DNA from: Patescibacteria group bacterium
GTDB taxonomy: Bacteria > Patescibacteriota > Patescibacteriia > Patescibacteriales > UBA12465
Direction: 5' to 3'
Assembly: GCA_029982795.1 (NCBI GenBank)
Contig: JARRBY010000003.1
Location: forward strand, 1-43,268
Length of the DNA: 43,268 bases
Below the pieces are notes generated by a model. It made no database searches, was not told the origin of the DNA, and worked only from the letters and a program-made list of their open reading frames with translations. A program made the position numbers and the translations under genes. Below are positions 16,309 through 25,271 of this stretch, piece after piece (position 1 is the stretch's first letter; the number at the start of each line of letters is the position of its first letter).

Positions 16309-17232
16309 ATGAGAAAAAAAATTATTTTTTTATTAATTTTTATCTTCGTCTTTACCCTCGTGGTAGCGACACCGATGTTAGCCGAAGATAATGAAAACGA
16401 AACATCTGTTACTGCGACTGAACAAGCGACTTCGTCGCTAGAAAAGATAATATCACCTGATCAAATTCCTTTGTTTAGAAATATTATTAAAAGAGGTAAA
16501 GATTTATATGGCGTCAGACTTAAGACACAAATAAATGCTGATGCTAAACTTCAGGTTAGAGAAGAACAAAAAAATCGGATTTTAGAGAAAATTCCTGCAC
16601 CGCAATTTGTAGGTATGTATGAAAATGTTAGACAAGTTGGTAATGCTTTGTGGGGTTATAGGAAAGATAATTACAGTGAAAACAAAGATGATAAGATTTT
16701 ATCTAATCAAAATATTGCTGATCGTTTAGAAGAGTTAAAAACGGAAATTCATATTCAATCCCCTTCAGATTTAAGCATGTTTACCAATATTAGAAAGACA
16801 GCTGATGGTAAAATGTTTGGTATTTTAAAGGATTTAAAAAATATTCCAGAAAAATATCAAAATGCAATAAAATCTAAAGAATTTTCACCAATCACAGAAA
16901 TGGAAAGAACTTGTGTTGTAGAGGCTATTTCGGAAAAAGATGAAGCTTTACAAGCTAATAACTCACAATTTATCAATAACTTAAATAATAGTATTGAAGT
17001 TAGAAGCAAGTGTCAGGTGTCAGCTCTAAATCAAGATGAAGTAGTACAAAAAGAGGCATTCTTAGCTTGTAATCGTGAGTTTCAAGCTAGTCAGGAACAA
17101 TTTAAAGAACAGGCTAGAGAAGAACAGGAGTTAGTTTGGAAAAATTATAAAGAGGCGTTAGTTAAATGTCGACCTCAATCTAGTACTAGCACGCCAATAA
17201 TAATTGAAGATGGTGGAATTAATATTTACTAG
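16309..17232 (+). CDS. Secreted hypothetical protein with three internal repeats and a Cys-containing helical C-terminus
   Basis: Signal peptide; repeats LEKIISPDQIPLFRNIIKRGKDLYG, LEKIPAPQFVGMYENVRQVGNALWG, EIHIQSPSDLSMFTNIRKTADGKMFG; four Cys. Confidence 0.85.
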   Translation: MRKKIIFLLIFIFVFTLVVATPMLAEDNENETSVTATEQATSSLEKIISPDQIPLFRNIIKRGKDLYGVRLKTQINADAKLQVREEQKNRILEKIPAPQFVGMYENVRQVGNALWGYRKDNYSENKDDKILSNQNIADRLEELKTEIHIQSPSDLSMFTNIRKTADGKMFGILKDLKNIPEKYQNAIKSKEFSPITEMERTCVVEAISEKDEALQANNSQFINNLNNSIEVRSKCQVSALNQDEVVQKEAFLACNREFQASQEQFKEQAREEQELVWKNYKEALVKCRPQSSTSTPIIIEDGGINIY

Positions 17233-17261
17233 TATATTGAAATAGAATTCAAATAGATAAG

Positions 17262-17289
17262 AAAAAAGGCCTTCTTGTTGAAGGCCTTT
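17262..17289. terminator. Bidirectional intrinsic terminator
   Basis: AAAGGCCTTC/GAAGGCCTTT stem between convergent ORFs. Confidence 0.8.
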
Positions 17290-17295
17290 GATTTG

Positions 17296-17454
17296 TTATT
17301 GGGGCAAGCTGATAAGAGCTAATGAATCTTTGATAATAGTCAAAATATTGACCAATATCTCATTAGCAATATATCCAGCTTGTGGAGGGAAAAGCCATTT
17401 CAAAACGAAAATGAAAAATAAAATCGTGATGAAATTGTTAAGAATTCTAAACAT
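17296..17454 (-). CDS. Small membrane protein (52 aa)
   Basis: MFRILNNFITILFFIFVLKWLFPPQAGYIANEILVNILTIIKDSLALISLPQ translated by hand; ends at the terminator; structured leader, AGTTCTTTAAAT and TTGACT (17580-17585) upstream. Confidence 0.7.
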   Translation of the reverse strand: MFRILNNFITILFFIFVLKWLFPPQAGYIANEILVNILTIIKDSLALISLPQ

Positions 17455-17659
17455 ATGTTTAAAATTAGAGGTAAAAAATTTAATTATTTTCTACCCCCGA
17501 CAAAGCGATGTCGCAAAGGCTTTTCCTATATATATTTAAAGAACTATTATAATAATATATTTACATATTTTAGTAAAAGAGTCAAGGTCTTGGGTTTTAT
17601 ATACATTTTGTTATATACTATTAATATAATTAATTTTAATTAGTAATTAACTTTATATT

Positions 17660-19870
17660 ATGAGTGCTAAAAATTATTTAAGAATTTTACAAGGAGGTAT
17701 TGTTTTATCACTTTTGGTAGTATTATTAGTGTTTCCTAGCTTATTATTTCCTTATATCAGCTCTAAACAATTGGTCTTTAATATTTTAATGGAACTTCTT
17801 TTAGCTGTCTGGTTAGTTTTTATTTGGAAGTATCCTTCTTATCGACCGAAATTAAATTTTTTAGTTTATAGTTTAAGTGCTTACCTATTGGTTATTTTTC
17901 TTTCTTCTATTTTTGGAGTTGATTTTAATTTAAGTTTCTGGGGAGACGTTGAAAGAATGTTAGGTTTTTTTCATATTTTACATTTCTTTATTTTCTTTAT
18001 TATTTTAATTTCTGTTTTCCGCCAAGAAAAAGACTGGCACTTTTTACTTAACTTTTCTCTTATGGTTGCTACGGTGGTTGCTTTAATAGGCCTATTGGGA
18101 GATAAACCCTATAGTACGATTGGTAATACAACTTATGTAAGTGGTTATATTATTTTTAATTTGTTTTTTGCTGCTATTTTGTTTTTTCGTAATCAGTCTG
18201 CTTGGCGCTATGCTTATTTAGTGCCTATTTTTCTTCTTTTATTACAATTTAAGGAAATGCGAACCTCTGGTGCTATTATTGGTTTAGGGATTAGTTTGTT
18301 AGTAGCTTTAGTTTTAATAGGTGTGTTGCATAAAAATAAGAGGCTTAAAATTACTTTATTTTCTTTCGTTGGTATTGCGATTTTAACCTTAATTTTTATC
18401 TTTTCTCAGCAACAAGCTACTTGGTTTCAAAATAGTTTTTTAAAAAACTTAACTAGTCAAAAGGCAACTTTTCAAACTCGTCTTTTATCTTGGCAGAGTG
18501 CGGCTAAAGCCTTTCCGGAACACCCGATACTCGGTACCGGTTTTGGTAACTATGCTATTATTTTTGATAAGTATTTTAATCCAGTTTTTTTTAATTATGA
18601 TAAAAATGAAACTTATTTTGATAGGGCGCATAATAATTTGATTGACATTGCTTCAACAACGGGAATTTTAGGGTTAATTTCCTATCTCGCTATATTTGTC
18701 TTTGTTGCTTACTATATTATAACTCTTTGGCGTCGTCAGGGTTGGCATATTGATAATAGTGCTCAAGGGCGAAAAAATCTGGAATTAGTTATATTAACAG
18801 CTCTATTTATTGCTTATTTTATTCAAAATTTAGCTGTTTTTGATTCGCTTGTTACTTATATGGGTTTAATGATGGCGCTTGGTTTAATTTATTATCTTTA
18901 TGAAAATAGCAAAGCAAATACTTTTCTAAATGAACCGGATAATAAAGAAAAAAAGGGGGAGGGCTGGTTTTTAACAGGAACTTTAATTTTGGCCTTAATT
19001 GTTATAAATCAATATAATTTAAAGCCTTGGCGCACTTTAGAAGGAGTTATTACGGGTTATACAAAATTAGTTTCGGGTGAAGTGATAGATGGCTTGGATG
19101 TTTTTCACGACAGTTTACAAGCTGGTCCACTTGATCGGGATGGACGTTCTTCTTTATTAAACTTAATTATATCAAATCCCATTATTCTCACTTCCTTTAC
19201 CGAAGAAAGGGCTAAAACTGAATTTTCTTATCTTGAATCACTGGCTTTAAAAAATTTAGAATATAATCCACAAGATAGTTTATTTCTTCTGCAAACTGCT
19301 CAATTATATGATTTAGGGGCGAGAGTTTTTGCTGAAGATGAGGAGTTAAAAAATAAGTATATTGATTTAGCCCTTAATTATGTGGAAAGAGCGATAGCTT
19401 CAAGTCCGGGACGTATTCCAATTTATTTTGTTAAAGCGCAAATTTTAAGTTTTAAAGGTGATAATGATGCCGCTTTAGAAATTTTAGAATATGCAGCGTC
19501 ATTAAATTCTGATTACGCTGATACTAATTGTCGTTTAGCGCCCTTATATAAAGAACTTGATCGGCAGAGTGATGCTCTTAACGCTTATTATAATTGCATT
19601 GATAATGGGGCAACTAGCAAATTAGGCGGAGTTAATTCTTTAATTGAAGCGGCTGAATTTTTAGTGGAAAATGAGGAGTATGAGCGCTCTATAGTAGTTT
19701 TAGAAAAATTAGTTGAAACTTATGACAGTGATCCTAACATGTGGTTTAATTTAGCTCAATTATATTTACTGGTAGAAAATGATGAAATAAAGGCTAGGGA
19801 AGCAGCTAATAAGGCTATAGTTTTAGACCCTAGTTTTGTAACGAAGACGGAAATGTTGTTTTCTGATTGA
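17660..19870 (+). CDS. O-antigen ligase (Wzy_C)-family membrane protein with C-terminal TPR repeats; possible protein O-oligosaccharyltransferase
   Basis: Many TM helices; SFWGDVERMLG, STIGN, RLLSW, HPILGTGFGNY, FDRAHN; TPR-like C-terminus. Confidence 0.9.
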   Translation: MSAKNYLRILQGGIVLSLLVVLLVFPSLLFPYISSKQLVFNILMELLLAVWLVFIWKYPSYRPKLNFLVYSLSAYLLVIFLSSIFGVDFNLSFWGDVERMLGFFHILHFFIFFIILISVFRQEKDWHFLLNFSLMVATVVALIGLLGDKPYSTIGNTTYVSGYIIFNLFFAAILFFRNQSAWRYAYLVPIFLLLLQFKEMRTSGAIIGLGISLLVALVLIGVLHKNKRLKITLFSFVGIAILTLIFIFSQQQATWFQNSFLKNLTSQKATFQTRLLSWQSAAKAFPEHPILGTGFGNYAIIFDKYFNPVFFNYDKNETYFDRAHNNLIDIASTTGILGLISYLAIFVFVAYYIITLWRRQGWHIDNSAQGRKNLELVILTALFIAYFIQNLAVFDSLVTYMGLMMALGLIYYLYENSKANTFLNEPDNKEKKGEGWFLTGTLILALIVINQYNLKPWRTLEGVITGYTKLVSGEVIDGLDVFHDSLQAGPLDRDGRSSLLNLIISNPIILTSFTEERAKTEFSYLESLALKNLEYNPQDSLFLLQTAQLYDLGARVFAEDEELKNKYIDLALNYVERAIASSPGRIPIYFVKAQILSFKGDNDAALEILEYAASLNSDYADTNCRLAPLYKELDRQSDALNAYYNCIDNGATSKLGGVNSLIEAAEFLVENEEYERSIVVLEKLVETYDSDPNMWFNLAQLYLLVENDEIKAREAANKAIVLDPSFVTKTEMLFSD

Positions 19871-19899
19871 TAATTATTTTTCTTCTTACTTTATAAATC

Positions 19900-19928
19900 A
19901 ATCCAACTTGAAAAAGTTGGATTTTTTT
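19900..19928 (+). terminator. Intrinsic terminator before the gap operon
   Basis: AATCCAACTT-GAAA-AAGTTGGATT followed by a T run; TGCTATAAT -10 element at 19945-19953. Confidence 0.75.
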
Positions 19929-19997
19929 ATAAAAAATAAAAACGTGCTATAATAAATAAATAAGAAATTTTTATTTATTAATTTTATAGTTTTATTT

Positions 19998-21011
19998 ATG
20001 CAAAAAATAAATATCGCAATAAACGGCTTTGGCCGTATTGGTCGCAGTGCTTTAAAAATAATTGTTGATTGCTTTCCCAACATAAATATAGTTGCCATTA
20101 ATGATTTAGCTGATGTAGAAATTTTAGCGCATTTGCTTCGCTTTGATTCGGTTTATGGTAATTATAACAAATCAGTCAGTTACAGTGATAACAAGTTAAT
20201 TGTTGATAAAAAGAAAATTCCGGTTTTTGCTAGCAAAGATCCAAGCCAGCTTCCGTGGCAGCAATTAAAAGTTGATGTGGTGCTTGAGTGTACCGGCGTA
20301 TTTCGTGATAAAGAAGCGCTTAGTTTGCACCTTAAAGCTGGCGCTAAGAAGGTGATTCTTTCCGCTCCCGCTAAAGGCAAGGGGGTGAAAATGATAGTTC
20401 TGGGCGTAAATGAGAAAAAAATCTTAAAGGGAGATGACTTAATTTCTTGCGCTTCTTGCACTACTAATTGTTTAGCGCCGGCAACAGAAATAATTAGACA
20501 AAAATTTGGTATTAAAAAAGCTTTAATGACTACAATTCATGCTTATACGGCTAATCAAAATATAGTTGATGGCCCCAGTAAAGATAAACGTCGTGCTCGT
20601 GCCGGGGCTTTGAATATAGTGCCAACAACTACAGGAGCAGCCATTGCTACCACTGAAGTTATTCCTCAATTAAAGAATAATTTTGATGGCATGTCGGTAC
20701 GTGTACCGGTGCCAGTTGGCTCTTTGGTTGATGCTGTTTATATTTTAAAGAAAAAGACAACGGTGGCTGAAGTTAATGAGGTGTTAACAAAGGCCGCCGC
20801 GGGAAAGTTAAAAGGAATTATGGCTGTTACTCATGAGGAAATTGTATCTTCTGATATAATTGGGAATACCAACAGTACCATTATTGACGCTGCTTCAACT
20901 AAGGTTTTAGGAGGTGATATGCTAAAACTTATCTCTTGGTATGATAATGAGTGGGGATACTCTAATCGTTTAGTAGAGCTTGCTCTTTTAACCGCTAAAT
21001 TTATTAAATAA
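19998..21011 (+). CDS. gap: Type I glyceraldehyde-3-phosphate dehydrogenase
   Basis: INGFGRIGR, SCASCTTNCLAP, TIHAYT, SWYDNEWGYS. Confidence 0.98.
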   Translation: MQKINIAINGFGRIGRSALKIIVDCFPNINIVAINDLADVEILAHLLRFDSVYGNYNKSVSYSDNKLIVDKKKIPVFASKDPSQLPWQQLKVDVVLECTGVFRDKEALSLHLKAGAKKVILSAPAKGKGVKMIVLGVNEKKILKGDDLISCASCTTNCLAPATEIIRQKFGIKKALMTTIHAYTANQNIVDGPSKDKRRARAGALNIVPTTTGAAIATTEVIPQLKNNFDGMSVRVPVPVGSLVDAVYILKKKTTVAEVNEVLTKAAAGKLKGIMAVTHEEIVSSDIIGNTNSTIIDAASTKVLGGDMLKLISWYDNEWGYSNRLVELALLTAKFIK

Positions 21012-21027
21012 TTAAAAGATAAAAAAT

Positions 21028-21765
21028 ATGATGTTAAAAAATAAAGTAGCGATAGTAACCGGTGCTGCTTCGGGAATTGGACGAGCAATTGCTGATTTAT
21101 TTGTTAGCGAAGGTGCTAAGGTGATCTACTCTGATATTCATAAGAACCTGACTGGTTTTAAAACAAGTGCAAAAAAGGCAATTTATGTACCTTGTGATGT
21201 TTCCAATCAGGCAGAAGTAAAGGCTTTGGTAGCAAAAGCCAAGGAGATTTATAAGGGTTTGGATATTATGGTTAATAATGCTGGTGTTGGTGGATCAGGG
21301 GGGATTTTAGAAGTTTCGGCTGATGATTTTGACAGAACTCTTAAAATTAATTTATATGGAGTTTTTTATGGTACTCAGATTGCAGCTCAAACTATGAAAG
21401 CTGCTAAAACAAAGGGTAATATTATTAATATTTCATCTATTTTAGGAACGGTTGGGATGGAACAATCCTTAGCTTATTGCACTTCCAAGGGTGGAGTTGA
21501 ACAATTAACAAGAGCGGCTGCCTTAGATTTAGCTACACTGGGTATTCGGGTTAATGCAATTGCTCCCGCTTTTATTAAAACAAAGATGACGGAAGGCATT
21601 TTACATGATAAAAAATTTAATCAGATGATAGTTAATAATACTCCGCTTGGTTATGTGGGCGAGCCGAAAGATATAGCAAATGCGGCCCTTTATTTAGCGA
21701 GCGATAAGGCAAAGTATATTACCGGTAGTACTCTGCGTGTTGATGGAGGTTGGACTATACACTAA
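21028..21765 (+). CDS. Classical SDR-family oxidoreductase
   Basis: TGAASGIG, NNAG, NISS, YCTSK, IRVNAIAP, VDGG; Asp after beta-2 (YSDI) suggests NAD preference. Confidence 0.93.
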   Translation: MMLKNKVAIVTGAASGIGRAIADLFVSEGAKVIYSDIHKNLTGFKTSAKKAIYVPCDVSNQAEVKALVAKAKEIYKGLDIMVNNAGVGGSGGILEVSADDFDRTLKINLYGVFYGTQIAAQTMKAAKTKGNIINISSILGTVGMEQSLAYCTSKGGVEQLTRAAALDLATLGIRVNAIAPAFIKTKMTEGILHDKKFNQMIVNNTPLGYVGEPKDIANAALYLASDKAKYITGSTLRVDGGWTIH

Positions 21766-21766
21766 A

Positions 21767-22807
21767 ATGACAAATTTAGCGTTAATAAAAAAAATAGAAG
21801 AATCAGGGTTAACTGGTCGGGGTGGTGGTTCTTTTTCGGTTGCAAAAAAATGGCAATTAGTGAAAAAAAATTTAAAGGGTAATAATCCGGGATATATTAT
21901 TATAAATGGCGCTGAAGGTGAGCCGGAAGTAAAAAAAGATGGTTATTTATTAGCGCAAGAAACAGAATCAGTTATAGCCGGGGTTTATTATGCTTTTCTC
22001 TATTTAGGGAAAAAAAATGTTAAGGCAATTTATTTCTATTTAAATCCAATATATTTTAAAAAATATAGAGCAAGAATTGAAAAAGTATTAAAGAATAGTT
22101 TGTATAAAGAATTGGCAAAAAAAGTGATTTTTTATAAAAAATCGGAAGAGAGTGGTTATATTGGCGGGGAAGAGAGTGTGGTAATAAATATTATAAGCGG
22201 CAAAAAAGCTCAGCCAAACCAGAGACCGCCATTTCCAGTTGAAATTGGTTTATTTGAAAAACCAACTCTAATTAATAATGTTGAGACTTTTTATAATATC
22301 GCTTTAATTGCTACAGGTGTTTACGATAACAAACGGCTTTATACTTTAGCGGGAGCTTGTCGTCATAAAGGAGTGTATAATTTACCCGCTACTATGAGTA
22401 TCGCTGATGTTCTGCAGGCCACTGATAATTATCCCGATTTTCCTTTTTTTGTTATTGCCGGTGGTGGAGTTTGTGGAGAAGTTTTAGATGAAAATCAACT
22501 TTTAGCCGGGGTGGAAGGTTCGGGTTTGATTATGATTTTTGATCATCGTCAAACTGATTATGATAAGTTGCTTAATTATTGGTTACGATTTTATAAAAAC
22601 CAAAGTTGTGGTTTATGTACTCCTTGTCGTGAAGGTAGTTATCGTTTGCATGAATTAGCTAAGGAAAAAAAGATTAAGGAGGAAAAATTTATTGATCTTT
22701 TAGACAATTTAGAACAAAGTACTTTTTGTGCTCTAGGTTCTTCTTTAACCTATACGGTGAAAAGTTATTTAGAAAATATTTATTTTAAATATAAAAAATA
22801 TGACTGA
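21767..22807 (+). CDS. Compact NuoF/HydB-like FMN/NADH-binding diaphorase subunit (start moved to ATG 21767)
   Basis: SGLTGRGGGSF..KKW, NGAEGEP..KD, YIGGEES, PTLINNVET, [4Fe-4S] ligands SCGLCTPCREG...FCALG. Confidence 0.9.
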   Translation: MTNLALIKKIEESGLTGRGGGSFSVAKKWQLVKKNLKGNNPGYIIINGAEGEPEVKKDGYLLAQETESVIAGVYYAFLYLGKKNVKAIYFYLNPIYFKKYRARIEKVLKNSLYKELAKKVIFYKKSEESGYIGGEESVVINIISGKKAQPNQRPPFPVEIGLFEKPTLINNVETFYNIALIATGVYDNKRLYTLAGACRHKGVYNLPATMSIADVLQATDNYPDFPFFVIAGGGVCGEVLDENQLLAGVEGSGLIMIFDHRQTDYDKLLNYWLRFYKNQSCGLCTPCREGSYRLHELAKEKKIKEEKFIDLLDNLEQSTFCALGSSLTYTVKSYLENIYFKYKKYD

Positions 22808-23564
22808 AGAAAAAAATGAAATTACTGTTCAACCGGTTGATAAAAAAAAGGAATTACCCTCTTTTTTTAGCAGTTTAGAAAGGGCAACTAAATTATGGTG
22901 GAAACATTTAAAAAAAATTGTTTTAATTTATTTAGAAGGGCTTAAATTAGCCTTAATTCCTTTACTTATTTTGCTTTCAATAATAGTTTTGGATTTTAAT
23001 TTATTTAGTGAGCGGTTTTCTTTAGCTTGGCTTGATTTAGTTTTATTTGTGGCCTCTTTTCTATTAACCTTTTACTTTTTTTCACGAGCGGAGATTGCTA
23101 TTTTCCTTTTTATAAAAAATGGTTTTAAAGGTGAAGCCAAAACTTTGTTTAAAAAAACACGTCCTTTATTTTGGCCCTATTTTTGGCTGGGTTTATTAAC
23201 CTTTATTTTAATTTTTTTATGGAGCCTGCTTTTAATTATTCCCGGTTTAATATTTAGCGCTTATTATGTTTTAGCGGTGTATGCTTTTTTCAGTGAAGGA
23301 AAAAAAGGTTGGTCGGCTATTTCGCGAAGCAAATTTTTAGTAAATGGTTATTTTTGGCCCATATTTGGACGTTTCCTTTTTTTCTTCATTTTAGCTTATT
23401 TGTTTGGTAGTATTATTGACATCCCTCAATCAGTTTTAACTGAAGATAGTGTGATGTTTAAAACTTGGGATTTGATTGAACAAGTTATTATTACTTTAGT
23501 GATTCCTATTTTCATTATTTTCTTTTACGACGTTTATGATTTCTTAGCTAAGAGCAAAAAATAA
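22800..23564 (+). CDS. Integral membrane protein (about 5-6 TM; resembles GDPD-membrane-domain-like families)
   Basis: Hydrophobic segments; WSLLLIIPGLIF and AISRSKFLVNGYFW pattern; overlaps the nuoF-like stop by 8 nt. Confidence 0.8.
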   Translation: MTEEKNEITVQPVDKKKELPSFFSSLERATKLWWKHLKKIVLIYLEGLKLALIPLLILLSIIVLDFNLFSERFSLAWLDLVLFVASFLLTFYFFSRAEIAIFLFIKNGFKGEAKTLFKKTRPLFWPYFWLGLLTFILIFLWSLLLIIPGLIFSAYYVLAVYAFFSEGKKGWSAISRSKFLVNGYFWPIFGRFLFFFILAYLFGSIIDIPQSVLTEDSVMFKTWDLIEQVIITLVIPIFIIFFYDVYDFLAKSKK

Positions 23565-23568
23565 GAAC

Positions 23569-25266
23569 ATGCAGGTAATTATTGATAAAAAAAAGATAGA
23601 GGCCAAAAAAAATGAAACTATTTTGGCGGTTGCACAGAGAGTTGGGATAGATATTCCTTATCTTTCATTTAATCCCGAACTTAGAGGTAAAGGGGGTGAT
23701 AGAGTGGCTTTGGTTGAAGTAAAAGGTGAAAGTAAGTTAATGTCGGCGGAAACTACAAAAGTGCGCGAAGGAATGATAATTTTTACCAATTCAAGTAAAG
23801 TACAGCGTTTTCGTCGTTTAAATTTAGAATTAATTTTTGCGTCTCATATTGAAAAATGCGCTGATTGCACTTTGCGTTTTAATTGTCGTCTTTTGGAATT
23901 AGCGCGTCTTCAGCAAATAAAAATTAGTGAGTTTTCTGATCGAAAAGCTTTGCGTAAAACCTATCGCTTTTCTACTGCGGTTGAAATTGATGGAACGCAA
24001 TGCATTGATTGTGGTAACTGTATTGAAGCTTGCGCTTTGCAGGGAATTAATTTTCTCCAATTTACAGGTAAAGGTTATCAGCAAGAGTTAAAGCCAACAA
24101 ATGATAAAAGTAGAGTTTGTATTCATTGTGGGCAATGTACTAATGTTTGTCCGGTAGCGGCCGCTCAAGAACAGCTGGAGTGGCCACAGGTGGAAAAGGT
24201 TTTAGCTGATAAAACTAAGATAGTGGTGGCGCAATTTGCTCCCGCCGCTCGCGTTTCTATTGGTGAAGAGTTTGGAATGAAACAAGGAACTGATTGTACT
24301 AAAAAAATAAATACCGCCCTTAAAGAATTGGGCTTTGCTTATAGTTTTGATATTAATTTTGGGGCCGATATTACAACGATGATTGAGGCTGAAGAATTAT
24401 TGCAACGTTTAAAAAACAAAAAGAATTTACCCCTTTTTACTTCTTGTTGTCCGGCTTGGGTTACTTATGCTGAATCATATTATCCTGAATTACTCCCCCA
24501 TCTTACCACCGCTCGCTCTCCTCATATTCATAGTGCGGGGGCAATTAAGACCTATTTTGCAAAGAAAAAAGGGTTAGATAGACGGCAAATTAAGGTTGTG
24601 TCTATAGTCCCTTGTACAGCTAAAAAGCAGGAAGCTGTAAGAACTGAATTATATTATCAAAAAGAACCGCTAGTTGATTATGTCTTGACTGTTCGTGAAT
24701 TTGCTTTTATGCTAAAAAAGCGACAAATTGACTTGGCTCGATTGAAAGAAAGTGAAACTGAACCTTTATTTAATGATGGTTCGGGGGCGGCGGCTATTTA
24801 TGGTGCTTCCGGCGGTGTAATGGAATCGGCTTTGCGGACGGCTCTTTTTTTAAACAGTACCAAAGAAAAAAAGATTTCTAATGATTTTCGCTTAGATTTT
24901 AAAGAATTGCGACTTAATAAAAATATTAAGGAAGCGGAAATAATGTTGGGAAAACGAAAATTGCGACTGGCCGTTATTAATGGAATTGCCAATTTTCATT
25001 ATATTTTACCCCATTTAAATAAATATCATTATATTGAAGTGATGGCTTGTCCGGGGGGATGTTTAGGTGGAGGAGGACAGCCTCTTCCTAATACTAAAGA
25101 AATCAAAGAAGCTCGAAGAAAAGCATTATACCAAATTGATAAAGATAAAAAAATCAGACGAGCTCATGAAAATAAAGCTATGTTAACTTATTATAATTGG
25201 GTTAAAACGAATAAATTAGAAGCTAAACTATTACATACAAAGTATTTTTCTCGAAAAAGAACTTAA
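23569..25266 (+). CDS. hydA: [FeFe]-hydrogenase catalytic subunit, group A
   Basis: L1 FTSCCPAW, L2 VPCTAKKQE, L3 EVMACPGGCLGGGGQP; HxxxCxxCx5C; two CxxCxxCxxxC motifs; C-terminal LLHTKY. Confidence 0.93.
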   Translation: MQVIIDKKKIEAKKNETILAVAQRVGIDIPYLSFNPELRGKGGDRVALVEVKGESKLMSAETTKVREGMIIFTNSSKVQRFRRLNLELIFASHIEKCADCTLRFNCRLLELARLQQIKISEFSDRKALRKTYRFSTAVEIDGTQCIDCGNCIEACALQGINFLQFTGKGYQQELKPTNDKSRVCIHCGQCTNVCPVAAAQEQLEWPQVEKVLADKTKIVVAQFAPAARVSIGEEFGMKQGTDCTKKINTALKELGFAYSFDINFGADITTMIEAEELLQRLKNKKNLPLFTSCCPAWVTYAESYYPELLPHLTTARSPHIHSAGAIKTYFAKKKGLDRRQIKVVSIVPCTAKKQEAVRTELYYQKEPLVDYVLTVREFAFMLKKRQIDLARLKESETEPLFNDGSGAAAIYGASGGVMESALRTALFLNSTKEKKISNDFRLDFKELRLNKNIKEAEIMLGKRKLRLAVINGIANFHYILPHLNKYHYIEVMACPGGCLGGGGQPLPNTKEIKEARRKALYQIDKDKKIRRAHENKAMLTYYNWVKTNKLEAKLLHTKYFSRKRT

Positions 25267-25271
25267 TTATT

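Noticed and set aside
17495-17526. GACAAAGC...GTCGCAAAGG as a c-di-GMP-I riboswitch
   Set aside because: No P2 stem with GNRA loop or receptor stem; the G-U pattern of the adjacent hairpin favours the opposite strand
17288-17643. Plus-strand ORFs 17288..17539 and 17455..17643
   Set aside because: The region is better explained by the minus-strand 52-aa membrane ORF, its leader and divergent promoters
21767-22807. The NuoF-like gene as part of respiratory complex I
   Set aside because: No other nuo genes are present; it is linked to hydA instead
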